From sequence record NC_055733.1: DNA of 64,000 nt; one strand, written 5' to 3'. Below are positions 9,564 to 20,044 of this stretch, piece by piece; position 1 is the first letter of the stretch; every line of letters starts with the position of its first letter. The translations under genes were made by a program, and so were the position numbers. Under the pieces are notes generated by a model. The model had not been told where the DNA came from. It did no database searches and saw only the letters and a program-made list of their open reading frames with translations.

Positions 9564-11009
9564 AATCAACCGCGTCGCTTGCATCATTCATCGCAGCAAG
9601 TTGTTCCATTTTATTCCGAGTGCTCATATCTTTGGCTTTCGCAACATTTTCCTTGTGTGTCGCTTGCATACGATCATTTGCATCATTCAGATTACCACCA
9701 AAATTACCTTCCGGCTCGGACCAACGCTGCTTGCTCTTGTCAACACAAAGATTGAAGCGTGAAAACTTGTTCTTATCGCCATAACGGGACTTGATCTGCT
9801 TCATCAATTGTTGGCCGATTTCGGCTAGTTCGTCTGTTTCCATAGCAGCAAGAATAAAGTCAGCAGTAGCAGCAAGACCAGCAGATTCAGCAATGTCTGA
9901 CATACTGATATCAGAACTATCCCAGCCACCACGAGTAGTTTGAGCAGCGGACCACACAACAACGTTATGCTCCACAGCAAAGCCACGCAGTTCCTCAGCG
10001 ATTGCTTTAACAAGCGTATAGCTATTCTCGGAATAAGCAGTCATACGCTTAGAGCACATGATACCGAGATAATCCACGATAACGATATCTGGCTTGAAAC
10101 CTTTCTTGATCTGCAAATCTGCCATCAAGTTGTTCAAGTGGTTGACGTTAGCCGCACCGGTTGGGAATTGCTTGACAACAAGCTTACCGCAGTTTTTCTG
10201 TTTCAGTGCGCCGAATCGACGCATAAAATCAGACTCAGAGATCAAGCCATCATCGATATCATCCAAGCTAACATCAAGCAAGTTGGCATCGATACGTTTA
10301 CCGCATACTTCTTCGCCCATTTCCATGGACACGTAAAGTACGTTATAACCCTGTAACAAATACTCACAAGCCAAGTGACACAGACCCAGAGACTTACCGA
10401 CGTTAACACCAGCAAGAATCAAGTTCAGTGTTTTACGCTCAACACCGCCTTTGGTGATTGTATTCAGAATGCGAGTTGTAAACGGAATCTTTTTAGCTTT
10501 CATCCGATAACTTTGGAATCGCGATTCAACATCATCAAAGTAATCGTGGCCGATTGCAATATTAAACGCAACAGCAAGAGCGTTTTTCATCAAATCGGGA
10601 ATAGCACCGATGTCGGCAATTCGTTTATCTCGTTCATCAAGAGGTTTAGCGTGATTCTCTTGAATTCGAATTGCTTCCGACAAAGCATTGTGCATCGCTC
10701 TTTCTTGACAATACTTCTCGGTTTCAGAAAGCAGCCAAGCGAGATCTTCCGGTACTCCAGTGAGTTCAGCGATACCAGCATATGCTTCGTCAAACTCAAC
10801 TTGCGCGATACCGGTTCGTTTCTCCAGTGCAATCACCAGCGCGTTATGAGTCGGAATAGTCTTGTATTCGTTGTAATGCTTTTGAATCAATTCGAAAATG
10901 ATTCGAATCGGTCCTCTCGGAAAATATTCCGATTTTAAGAACGGGAAGACTTGACGAAAGTATTCCTCAGAAACAAGGAGATTCGTGAGATAGATTGTTC
11001 GATTGACAT
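9553..11009 (-). CDS. 41: replicative DnaB-type helicase; true start probably ATG 11009 (MSIEQSILTNLL) with a 1-nt deletion near 10990
   Basis: AGVNVGKS Walker A, SMEM, IIVDYLG and SESAGLAATADF-like motifs. The restored N-terminus fits gp41 better than the ORF-track start. Confidence 0.93.
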
Positions 11010-11251
11010 TCACTACCTTCTTTGATTTGCGCTTGTATAGCGGCTTGAACATGTTTGAATAATTCATCTTTCATTATCTCTTCTTCACTATGGGGAGTGG
11101 ACCAGTCGATATGAACTTGTCCGTTAATATACGTTAGATCGTGAATATACACGATGAACGGATTGCCGTCAACAAGAATAACAAGCTCTTGCTTAACTGC
11201 TTTTAATGCGTCTTCTAGTACGTCTCGATAATTTCTTTCTTGGGCTTCCAT
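10967..11251 (-). CDS. 40: head vertex assembly chaperone
   Basis: QELVILVDGNPFIVYIHDL...HVQAAIQAQI resembles gp40; position between uvsX and 41. Confidence 0.8.
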   Translation of the reverse strand: MEAQERNYRDVLEDALKAVKQELVILVDGNPFIVYIHDLTYINGQVHIDWSTPHSEEEIMKDELFKHVQAAIQAQIKEGSECQSNNLSHESPCF

Positions 11252-11940
11252 TGGTGTCTCCGTTTGCTCTGATATTTCCAGCTCTTTTCAACAGATCGAC
11301 CTGCATTGTCCCACCAACGCTCTCGATGCATGAAAGCATCAACGAGACTGTTACGGCGAATCTGAGGAACATGAACATCGCACCACGGCTCAAGACACTG
11401 ACCATAGATACCGTCGTCGTAATACTCCATATCCAGCTCTCGCTCATAATCACTACAGCTGGTATCTTGTTTGCGCTTTGACTCGATATAGGCAAACATT
11501 TTACCGAAAATGTGACGATTGCGGCTACCATAAGCATGTTTACGAGCGCCACGATCATTCCACTGACGAGTCTTTGGCTTAACTTGTTTGTCGTATTCAC
11601 GCAAGATCAGAACAGGGTCAATCACTCTGTCCATGTCACCGAGAATGATACCAGCGCATGTAGAAAACCCTTTGAAAATATCAAACCAGCTTTCTCGTCC
11701 AGCAAAATTTTCTTTACGATACACAAGCCCAGTCAAACGATATCCGTCGTGAACGTGAAATCCGTTTTTATCGATGCCATCGCGAATCTCGTGGTAAAAC
11801 TTGGAGTAAGTACCAACGTGCAAATGAGTCCCGAATTTCCACAGTCGATTTGTGGACTTAACGAGATCGATAAGCTTGCCGTCTCTACGCTCACCGTTTG
11901 CAAACACAGCGGTGTGAACTTTTTGCAGATCGATTTTCAT
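11215..11940 (-). CDS. hypothetical protein (241 aa, basic C-terminus KSWKYQSKRRHQWK)
   Basis: Long ORF with SD GGAGAG; no recognised domain. Confidence 0.7.
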   Translation of the reverse strand: MKIDLQKVHTAVFANGERRDGKLIDLVKSTNRLWKFGTHLHVGTYSKFYHEIRDGIDKNGFHVHDGYRLTGLVYRKENFAGRESWFDIFKGFSTCAGIILGDMDRVIDPVLILREYDKQVKPKTRQWNDRGARKHAYGSRNRHIFGKMFAYIESKRKQDTSCSDYERELDMEYYDDGIYGQCLEPWCDVHVPQIRRNSLVDAFMHRERWWDNAGRSVEKSWKYQSKRRHQWKPKKEIIETY

Positions 11941-11997
11941 AATCTCTCCTTGATAAGATAGTACCAGATTATCAGAGTCTTACATAAAAGTAAATGG

Positions 11998-12753
11998 TTA
12001 AACGTATTTGACTTCTCCTCTTCTTCTCATTTCTTTCCATCGTCTATTTTTTATTTGGAATTTATCTCTAAGCTCCTTTACAGTATCATACATGATTCCG
12101 TTGTATTCAACCTTTCGAGACGAACCGTTCTTAGCTCCTAGTTTGGATTCGGATCTTCTTTTGCTATCGAATTTGACTTGCATGTTTTTACATCTAATAA
12201 GTCGTTTCTCTTTGGGCTCATTCATTCGTGCCGTTCTGGATTTTTCGGACTTGTTTGACTTGATTCTTTCGTTGTATTGCTCTGAAAGATTATTGGATTT
12301 TACATACCAGTCTATGCTTCTTCCGGCGGCACGGAATCCTAGGATGTCGGACGTTTTGGACTTTGATCCACAAACTAGAAATGTTTCCCAACAGTGCTTT
12401 GCCATTTCATCATAGGATTTATAATCTCTTTTCTTTGCCCATGCTTCCTTTATGTTGTCACTTTGGAGCAGTGAGACGTTTTTTCTTATCTCAGCAAATC
12501 TTTTATTTCCTTTATTCTTTGCTGCCCGTGTCATTATGTTTGCTGCAAACCAAAGTTCCCTAATGCCATATATCCTAGCAAGTAATAGATGCGCTATGTA
12601 GTGTTGTTCTGGTCGCATTTCAACTAGATTATCAGGATTGTCTAACCCTCCTATACATTTTGGAATAATATGATGCGTCTCAGTGTAAACACCCGCATTG
12701 TTTTGTGATTTGCACTTTTCTATTAGTTTATCATAAATGTTTTTGTAATTCAT
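11998..12753 (-). mobile_element. free-standing HNH (Mob-like) homing endonuclease gene
   Basis: ETHHIIPKCIGG-DNPDNLV-EQHYIAHLLL HNH motif; AT-rich; inserted directly after uvsX. Confidence 0.88.
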
Positions 12754-12781
12754 AAAATAAAAGAGGCTTTCGCCCTCTTCC
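12754..12781 (-). terminator. terminator / RBS-sequestering hairpin between uvsX and the HNH gene
   Basis: aagagggc-gaaa-gcctctt-ttatttt-ATG on the minus strand. Confidence 0.65.
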
Positions 12782-14008
12782 TTAATCTAAGTTATCAAAT
12801 AAACTATCCGCTTCTTCGGAATCCAGATCGATGTTTTCCAGATTTTCCAATTCATTTCCTTTTTCGGAAATTTTTCTACTAAGTTCAACTGGAAGTTCTG
12901 CCTTTCCGTCAAACAAGTCATCGATTTCTGCCATAGTTTCGTCATCGACTGTTGCCGCTTTTAGTTTGAAATGATCGGCAAATGCTTCTTTAAAAGGAGC
13001 ATGGCTGAACATAGGCTTCCAAAATTCGGAACAATCGGTATCAGCCCTTCTCCATTTTTTATCTTCTGTTACCAGCTCTCCCGTTTCTTTGTCCAAGAAC
13101 GCTCGACTGAACCAGCCATTTGACGGTTTGACAATAAAGCCGATATCAAGACCAACGTCAAGTAGGCCAGAATAGGTATTAATACCACCTTCAAACGTAA
13201 CGTTCACAGGAAGTTTGGATTTCTCTTTGATGAATCGGGACTTCTCAATGTTGATGATGAAGTTATAACCAAGCAACTCTGTTCCGTCTTTCTCTTGCTG
13301 CCGACCGATAATGAACACGGTATTAGCGGAATACATCGGACCGGTACCGCCGCTCATGATTGTTTTGCTGTAGGTCTCTTGGGTTTCGTATGTGTGGTTA
13401 ATTACAACCATAGGGATACCGATAGTGGTAAGATATGGAGTAATCATACGGAAACAACTCTTGATTTGTTTGGCTCGGCTCATGTCTTGTGCAGATTTCA
13501 AATCAATAGCATCTTGCAATTCTTTCTTGGACGCAACGTTACCAATCGAGTCAACAAAACAGATTACTTTATCACCTCGTTCCAGTGATTCCAAGTGTTG
13601 AATCGCTTCGAACTTCAATTCTTCGACGTCTTTGAACGGAATGTGTTTGACTCTGGAAGGGTCTACGCCAGCAGATTTAAAATAACCAGGGGTAGAGCCG
13701 AATTCGTTGTCAAAGAATAAACACACCGCATCTGGGTGTTTACGCAGATACGCAGATACCAGAACTAATCCGATGTTTGATTTAAAGTGCTTGGACGGGC
13801 CAGCAACTGCGGTGATACCAGGAGTAAGGCCACCATCCAGTTCTCCGCTAAGAGCAACGTTTAGAATTGGAACACGAGTTCTTACCATGTCACTAGCACC
13901 AAAGAAATCACTTTCCGATAGGACAGCAGCGTTTTTTGTAACACCAACTCCCATCATTCGGGCCATCATGCTAGTTTTTGGTGATGCAGTTTTAATACCT
14001 TTAGCCAT
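12782..14008 (-). CDS. uvsX: RecA-like recombinase
   Basis: AGPSKHFKS Walker A, FDNEFG, VDSIGN, MSGG and IEKSRF. Confidence 0.96.
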   Translation of the reverse strand: MAKGIKTASPKTSMMARMMGVGVTKNAAVLSESDFFGASDMVRTRVPILNVALSGELDGGLTPGITAVAGPSKHFKSNIGLVLVSAYLRKHPDAVCLFFDNEFGSTPGYFKSAGVDPSRVKHIPFKDVEELKFEAIQHLESLERGDKVICFVDSIGNVASKKELQDAIDLKSAQDMSRAKQIKSCFRMITPYLTTIGIPMVVINHTYETQETYSKTIMSGGTGPMYSANTVFIIGRQQEKDGTELLGYNFIINIEKSRFIKEKSKLPVNVTFEGGINTYSGLLDVGLDIGFIVKPSNGWFSRAFLDKETGELVTEDKKWRRADTDCSEFWKPMFSHAPFKEAFADHFKLKAATVDDETMAEIDDLFDGKAELPVELSRKISEKGNELENLENIDLDSEEADSLFDNLD

Positions 14009-14113
14009 TTTACAGTTTTGCCTCTATTTACAGTTTTAGTTTCGATTTCATAATCTCCATAAAGTAGTCTTCAATGTAGGGCTATTATCTCATAGCCCCG
14101 AATGTTTATAAAC

Positions 14114-16873
14114 TTACATATCACCGAAAAGATCGGAAAGACTAGATACTTTCTCGGTTTCCCAGCCAATCGCATTACAGATATTTTCGAGTGGCTTCAG
14201 GTAATGTTTTTGATACATGCCCATGAAATCGAGATATTTAGACAAATCAAGATCGAATTCATCTGGAATCTTGTCACCGCTAGGGAAAGCAAGTACCGGC
14301 GAATGAATATGATTCGGCTCTTTCAGCATCACGATCTGGATCTTCTCGCCACTTCGAATCATGTCAAGATTTCGCTGCTCTGCTACTTTGTTGTAAGCGA
14401 GTGCTCCCTTGATGTGCCCTGGACAACCTTTAACTGGTACCCAGTTGTTGTGATTCTTTTCGATGTTGTTTGCACTCGATACTGCCGCAATCTCTCGATA
14501 ATCGCGCTTGGGATACTCGGCCTTGACTTCCTTAACGTAGTCTTGCATTGCCTTCTCACCCTTAGTCAGGATCAGCTTGATACTCTTCTCCAGCGATTTA
14601 CCAGCGAATACCGGTGTGCTAGAACGTTGAGTTTCAATACCCATGATCTTCAACTTCGGAACAACGTTACCGTGTTCGTCAAGCTTGCGCTTACCTTCTG
14701 AGTCCCACACGTTAGCAGCATAACGCTTTTTCGCAGTCCAGAAAGCAGTATCAGCGATGATTTCTCGGTCCATGAACAGCTTGTGATCATAACACTGGAC
14801 ATATTCCGCGAGTTCGCGATAGCTTTGATCGATATACGGCTCGCATTTCTCTTTGGCGAACTTCGCAAGAAAATCTACCCAACGAATAGTTTCAATGTCG
14901 CCGACTTGAATACCCTTCTTCGCTGCCATGAGATTAACGAACTTTTCAAACGTCAAATAAATGGAGTCAGTATCGCCGTAAACGACATAATCGACGTCTT
15001 TGGTCTGACACAGCGCATTCATGTATTCATTCATCTTCCGCATGATCCAACGAATCGCAAATTGACCACTCATGGTAATCGCTTCGGCGTTTCGAACGTC
15101 ATAATAACGGAAGTGTTCGTTGCCCAATGCACCATAAAGTGAGTTGATAAGTACCTTACGTGCTTGTTGGTTAACGTTTTCGAGTTTCTCCATGAATCGG
15201 CAGTAATCAACGATGCCATGTAGAGATTCGTTGTTGAACGTTTTCAGATTCGCGACGAAATTATCAAACGCTTCTCCCTTAATAGAGAGATCAATGCCGT
15301 GTGCGTCGAACTCAATATTGGTATCTGCGATATTATTATCTTTGCGATCAACGATTGTATCCCAAGCGATTGTCGCAATCTTATCCGCCGTAAACTCTGC
15401 ATTCTTTGCGGCTTTACGTTGCAAGAACACTTTTTCGATTTCAGTCGGGATAATACCGCGTTTCTTTCTGGTGTAACGCATCCCGTTAGCAGCGAACGAC
15501 AGATCATCATTCGGAACTTGGAATTTCTTGTCAACAAGTCCCATGCCAACGATATCTGGCACCATACGGTCTTTCACGAAAATGCGAGGAACATCATAGC
15601 AATCAACAATCGTCTCTGGACTAATGTTCCAGCCCATGATCAAGTGTGGATACAGGGATGTTAAGTCGAAACTCAGAATCCAGCGATAAAACGCCGTAAC
15701 TGGGTCTTTAACAAACGCTCCCGCATACTTGACTTTAGAAGTACGTTTGTTTTCTGGCACAACAATTCCCTGTTCAATCAGACTGTTATGAATGATCGCG
15801 TCCCAAGTCTTCAAGGGACTAAAGGTGTTGTTATAGTTGATCTTTGCGTAATAACTTACACTTGTAATCAGAGCCATCAACGACAAACGAGCATCTAGTT
15901 TAACCAACAAATCAACGTCTCGGATAAGATAGTCGATATATCTCTGTGGGTTTTTCTGACTGAATGCCAAGTATGTTTTCTCGGTAAGCTCCAGCTTTTT
16001 CATGCCGAGTTCAACTTGACCGATGTAATCTAACTTGTAAGTCGGACGAGTCTTAAACGTGAATTTCTTGTAAGCTGCCATATAATCAAGACAAGCAATG
16101 CCAAGCAATTCATACGTCACGATCTCTTCGGCTTCTTCACCTTCGTCGTCGTCTTTGAAAACGGTACGCTCGATGATTTGTTCCCAAGGACTAAGCTTGT
16201 TCGCGTATACATCACCGAGGACTTTACGATACCGGTTTACGATATAACGCAAGTCGAACATTTCAGAGTTCCAACCGGAGAAAACATCCGGGGTGTTATC
16301 TCTAAAGAACTTGAGATACCGAATCAAAAGCTCGCGCTCAGACTCACAGAACACGTAATCCACACGATCTAAGATATCAACAACGTTACCCTTGTCGTCT
16401 TTATCAAGAATCGATTTTGCCTTGTCCCACGGACGGGTAGTAAACAGTGAATACCGTTTGCGTTTTGTGCTGTAGTGACAGATGCCGTCGATTTCCCAGT
16501 CACAGATATGGGGTTCAGGGAATGGTCCGTCAGTTGGGACCTCGATATCCACAAACGCAATATCAATTTGCTCATACTTGAACGAAACTGGACCGCTATA
16601 GGTGTGATACAGATATTGGAGAACAAAATCGTCCATGCCAAGTGGCTCGCGATTAATGTCTCTCATATCTTTCATCCAGCGTCTGGCATCGCCAATGCTA
16701 TCGAACTCAACTGCCGTCGCTGGCTTTCCGTAAATGTCTTTCAACTCTCCGTTATTGCTATGCTTGTACAGCGTTGGGCCAAAGTTAACTTTTCGACTTC
16801 GACTGATACCGTTATCATCGACATAACGTTCCAGAACAGTATTGCCTTGAATACATACGTTGGTATAAAACAA
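14114..16873 (-). CDS. 43: family B DNA polymerase (TTG start)
   Basis: Exonuclease motifs DIEV, GWNSEMFD, YLIRDV; polymerase motifs SFDLTSLYP, KVLINSLYG, YGDTDS; 919 aa, uninterrupted. Confidence 0.98.
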   Translation of the reverse strand: MFYTNVCIQGNTVLERYVDDNGISRSRKVNFGPTLYKHSNNGELKDIYGKPATAVEFDSIGDARRWMKDMRDINREPLGMDDFVLQYLYHTYSGPVSFKYEQIDIAFVDIEVPTDGPFPEPHICDWEIDGICHYSTKRKRYSLFTTRPWDKAKSILDKDDKGNVVDILDRVDYVFCESERELLIRYLKFFRDNTPDVFSGWNSEMFDLRYIVNRYRKVLGDVYANKLSPWEQIIERTVFKDDDEGEEAEEIVTYELLGIACLDYMAAYKKFTFKTRPTYKLDYIGQVELGMKKLELTEKTYLAFSQKNPQRYIDYLIRDVDLLVKLDARLSLMALITSVSYYAKINYNNTFSPLKTWDAIIHNSLIEQGIVVPENKRTSKVKYAGAFVKDPVTAFYRWILSFDLTSLYPHLIMGWNISPETIVDCYDVPRIFVKDRMVPDIVGMGLVDKKFQVPNDDLSFAANGMRYTRKKRGIIPTEIEKVFLQRKAAKNAEFTADKIATIAWDTIVDRKDNNIADTNIEFDAHGIDLSIKGEAFDNFVANLKTFNNESLHGIVDYCRFMEKLENVNQQARKVLINSLYGALGNEHFRYYDVRNAEAITMSGQFAIRWIMRKMNEYMNALCQTKDVDYVVYGDTDSIYLTFEKFVNLMAAKKGIQVGDIETIRWVDFLAKFAKEKCEPYIDQSYRELAEYVQCYDHKLFMDREIIADTAFWTAKKRYAANVWDSEGKRKLDEHGNVVPKLKIMGIETQRSSTPVFAGKSLEKSIKLILTKGEKAMQDYVKEVKAEYPKRDYREIAAVSSANNIEKNHNNWVPVKGCPGHIKGALAYNKVAEQRNLDMIRSGEKIQIVMLKEPNHIHSPVLAFPSGDKIPDEFDLDLSKYLDFMGMYQKHYLKPLENICNAIGWETEKVSSLSDLFGDM

Positions 16874-16891
16874 AATTACTACCTCTTGTCA

Positions 16892-16912
16892 GTGCGCCTT
16901 TCATGGGTCGCA
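16892..16912 (-). promoter_or_regulatory. putative gp43 autogenous translational operator hairpin
   Basis: tgcgacc-catgaaa-ggcgca stem immediately 5' of SD GAGG, the same position as the T4 gene 43 operator. Confidence 0.5.
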
Positions 16913-16958
16913 TCTTAGGTGAAACATTCATAATAAACCTCTCACAAAATGAAAGTTG

Positions 16959-16993
16959 ATTATAAATGCGCTCTTGATTGTTGTCAAGAGCGC
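16959..16993 (-). promoter_or_regulatory. perfect sigma70 promoter TTGACA-N17-TATAAT for gene 43, overlapping a 10-bp hairpin after regA
   Basis: -35 at 16982-16987, -10 at 16959-16964; stem gcgctcttga/tcaagagcgc at 16968-16993. Confidence 0.8.
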
Positions 16994-17001
16994 CGTTTGT
17001 A

Positions 17002-17370
17002 TTAAGAGCCGAACTTGTATTTGTGTACCAGAGTCCAGTTAGCTTTCTCTTTGTGAGAGATCACTCGGAAGAAGTTGTTCCCTGGTGCGTTGTGCTCGCT
17101 CACGATATCACACATTCCCCATTCTTTCAGCAACACCGCGATATCGTTACGACGGTCGATATCTTCTTGGCTGATTTCCACTTGACGGCCGTCGAGCTGG
17201 AGCAGTTCCTTGAAGTGAACGATGTAATACTTGCCTTGCTTTTGAAGAATGTGGCAGCTTTGATACAGTCGCTTTTCTACGTTGTTCGCGATACCGATGC
17301 GGGTCAGTGTTTCGCGGATTTTCAGGAAGTCTTCGTCTTTTTTCAGTTGAATTTGCAGCATCATTTTCAT
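17002..17370 (-). CDS. regA: translational repressor RegA
   Basis: FLKIRETLTRIGIAN, CHILQKQGKYYIVHFKELL and LVHKY. Confidence 0.96.
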   Translation of the reverse strand: MKMMLQIQLKKDEDFLKIRETLTRIGIANNVEKRLYQSCHILQKQGKYYIVHFKELLQLDGRQVEISQEDIDRRNDIAVLLKEWGMCDIVSEHNAPGNNFFRVISHKEKANWTLVHKYKFGS

Positions 17371-17379
17371 TATGTCCTT

Positions 17380-17961
17380 TTACCAAGATCGGATAGCGCG
17401 TTGAATTTTTTCGCGCTCAGTTTTAGTTGGGATAACAGTCAAGCAACGGGCGTTGACGTCATTAACGGTAGGAGAAAACATTTTCTTTAACCGTTTGATT
17501 TGTTCATCAGAAAAATAATCAATATATTCTCTGGCTCGTGGAATCGAGACTTCGTAATAATCAGAAACAAGGTATTCGAATACTCTTTGTTCCCAATCGT
17601 CCGTGAGTTTAGCGAACTTTACTTTCGGGAGACTACACTTCCGAACAGTAAAATAAAGGTAATCGTAATGCATCTGATCGCTAATAAACCCTTCCATAGA
17701 ATTCAGTTCAGAAGCATAACCACTCATGGTAACATGCTGGGACAGAGCATTGTTTATTGCATGTTGATCGTAATCAGAGAATCGATCAACTGTGCCGTGT
17801 CCCCGCTTCTGTGTAACGTTATCGATTATTTCGAACAGGGATTGTTCAGCCGGTACCTTAAACTGCTTGGCAAGCTCTTTTACAGCGTTCCAATCTCTGG
17901 AACGCCATGCAATCTCATGCTCGTTTAAATCTTCTTCGTCCATAAAACAGGCGAGAGACAT
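17380..17961 (-). CDS. 62: clamp loader small subunit
   Basis: MSLACF...WRSRDW..., YDQHAINNALSQH; synteny 44-62-regA. Confidence 0.9.
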   Translation of the reverse strand: MSLACFMDEEDLNEHEIAWRSRDWNAVKELAKQFKVPAEQSLFEIIDNVTQKRGHGTVDRFSDYDQHAINNALSQHVTMSGYASELNSMEGFISDQMHYDYLYFTVRKCSLPKVKFAKLTDDWEQRVFEYLVSDYYEVSIPRAREYIDYFSDEQIKRLKKMFSPTVNDVNARCLTVIPTKTEREKIQRAIRSW

Positions 17962-17962
17962 T

Positions 17963-18928
17963 TTATTTCCACTCCATTTCCATACTGAGATCAGCAAGTA
18001 GATCAAACAGATGAATTTCCATGTTCGGAATACCGTTAGCGTATTTCTGATTTTCGGCGATAAGCTTGATCATCACACGCAGAGAAGTCGGTTTAACTTC
18101 AACGAAAAGACGCTCATACAGTTTGGTGATAAAGCTATCGTAATCAACGGTAAACTTCGGAACAAGCGAACGAACATCACCGAGCTTTTTAGACTTGAGC
18201 ATGGTAACAACGTCGTTCATATCTTCGGTTGCTTGCGTGGCTTTAGTCAAAACACCTTCATCGATCTTACCTGATTTTGCATAACTATCAAGCATTGTGA
18301 TAGTGCCACGCAGATCAGGGAAGTTTTGTTTCACAAGAGCAGCGATAGCTTTACGAGATTCTACTACAACTCCTTCCATTTCGCAAATGGTTTCACACCG
18401 TACGATCATTTCTTTCATCATGCGGAGCTTGTCGTCCGCGGTAGGATTACCGAATTCAATCTGACGGAATCGAGATTTCAGTGGACCGGGAATAGCTTCT
18501 ACGTTGTTGCAAGTCATGATAACAGAACAGTTCGAGCTAAACGCTTCCATCCAAGAACGGAGTTCTTCATGAACAGCTTTCATGCCCTTGTTATCGCCTT
18601 CATCGATGATGATAACTTTGCCACCCGGCTTACGAGTCATGGTAGACGCAAACGCGGTCAGGTCATTACGCAGATCATCGATACGCAGTTTACCACCAGA
18701 GATAAACATAACTTCGGCATCGATCTCATTACAAAGAACCCGTGCCATTGTAGTTTTGCCAGTACCGGGGCTTTTGGAGAACAGCAGGATGTGGGGGATT
18801 CTGCCGGTCGCAACGATACCTTTGAAACGCTCGATATCAGCAGACGGAAGAATACATTCGGAAATCAATGCGGGACGGTACTTTTGTTCCCACATAAACT
18901 CTTTTGGATCGGTGATAGTCACAGTCAT
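17963..18928 (-). CDS. 44: clamp loader AAA+ subunit
   Basis: WEQKYRP, SPGTGKTT, IIDEGD and LKSRF. Confidence 0.96.
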   Translation of the reverse strand: MTVTITDPKEFMWEQKYRPALISECILPSADIERFKGIVATGRIPHILLFSKSPGTGKTTMARVLCNEIDAEVMFISGGKLRIDDLRNDLTAFASTMTRKPGGKVIIIDEGDNKGMKAVHEELRSWMEAFSSNCSVIMTCNNVEAIPGPLKSRFRQIEFGNPTADDKLRMMKEMIVRCETICEMEGVVVESRKAIAALVKQNFPDLRGTITMLDSYAKSGKIDEGVLTKATQATEDMNDVVTMLKSKKLGDVRSLVPKFTVDYDSFITKLYERLFVEVKPTSLRVMIKLIAENQKYANGIPNMEIHLFDLLADLSMEMEWK

Positions 18929-18993
18929 TTTATATGTCTCTCAGTGCATGGGTAAAACAGTTTGGAATAACTAGCATTCAAAACTATTCTAAA

Positions 18994-19014
18994 GTGGGGA
19001 GGTTGCCCTCCCCG
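18994..19014 (-). terminator. hairpin after gene 45
   Basis: ggggagg/cctcccc inverted repeat. Confidence 0.5.
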
Positions 19015-19021
19015 ACAGTTA

Positions 19022-19699
19022 TTAAGCAGTGTACTTGGATTTGGAGTCAATTGCAATGATATAGCTTGCAGTTGCACCCTTGAAACAGATTGCTCCTTCT
19101 TTTGCGATCATCACGGTATATTTGCCGTCGATCATCTTCATGTTACCAATCGCAACGATGAAATCAAAAGTAGCGTCGTCTCCTTCGAAGTCATCAGCAA
19201 TAGCAATCTCAAAGCTGTTGGAGTTGCTTTCGCCGCCGGTCAGACGAGCGATAATCTTACGACCGTCGTTGACAAAGTGCAGATCTACCAGGGACATAGT
19301 AGAGGCAGATTTGTCGATTTGTTTCAGTTGCTCGGCAGTAATCTCGAACACAACGGAAGCAGTTGGCATGGTCAGTGCTTTCTTCGGATGTGCGATAGTA
19401 CCGGCTTCTGCCATTTTGATTTTTGCCATAGCTTTGCCACCGGATGCATTCTTGATAGTGATATATTCACCGTCTTCGGTAACATCAGCAGGCAGACCAA
19501 CCATCGCAGCAACACCCAAGAATTCACCGAGGCTGTAGATTCGCAGCTCGCTATCTACGGTATCTTTGATGGTGCTTTCGGCATACAGAACGTTGTTCAC
19601 GCTCTTGGTGTTGACGAAAGTACCCGGTTTCAGTACCACAGACGGGTTAATTTTTGCGAAGTTAGACAGGATTTCTACGGTTTCTTTGCTCAGTTGCAT
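19022..19699 (-). CDS. 45: sliding clamp
   Basis: MQLSKETVEILSNFAKINPSVVLKPG resembles T4 gp45; synteny. Confidence 0.93.
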   Translation of the reverse strand: MQLSKETVEILSNFAKINPSVVLKPGTFVNTKSVNNVLYAESTIKDTVDSELRIYSLGEFLGVAAMVGLPADVTEDGEYITIKNASGGKAMAKIKMAEAGTIAHPKKALTMPTASVVFEITAEQLKQIDKSASTMSLVDLHFVNDGRKIIARLTGGESNSNSFEIAIADDFEGDDATFDFIVAIGNMKMIDGKYTVMIAKEGAICFKGATASYIIAIDSKSKYTA

Positions 19700-19735
19700 T
19701 TTATTTCCTCAGTTCAATTCAGTTAGATAGGTATA

Positions 19736-20044
19736 TTACGCTGCTTTCCACTCGGAGTAAACAAGAGCAGCGGCATCAGGGAAAAATTCTTCGAACTCGC
19801 GTTTGCAGTTCAGATTTTCGGTACGGAACTTCTGACTCAGACGAATCGCAGTTTCGATTACATCATCGTCAAATTCTTTGTAAATCTCAAAACGAACATC
19901 ACGTTCCAGACATTGCAGGCGATCATAGTCTTCCTGAGACATGAGTCGGACCCAGTTTTTACGAGCCAGATTCTGATAGAAGAAAGCCGCGCTCAGAGTT
20001 TTCAGGGAATCACCAGGGATAAAATCAATCATTTCGTACTCCAA
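19736..20044 (-). CDS. hypothetical protein (at the rpbA position)
   Basis: SD GGAG; no clear sequence match to RpbA by eye. Confidence 0.65.
   Translation of the reverse strand: MEYEMIDFIPGDSLKTLSAAFFYQNLARKNWVRLMSQEDYDRLQCLERDVRFEIYKEFDDDVIETAIRLSQKFRTENLNCKREFEEFFPDAAALVYSEWKAA

Noticed and set aside
19736-20044. rpbA assignment by synteny
   Set aside because: No recognisable sequence similarity to T4 RpbA; left as hypothetical.
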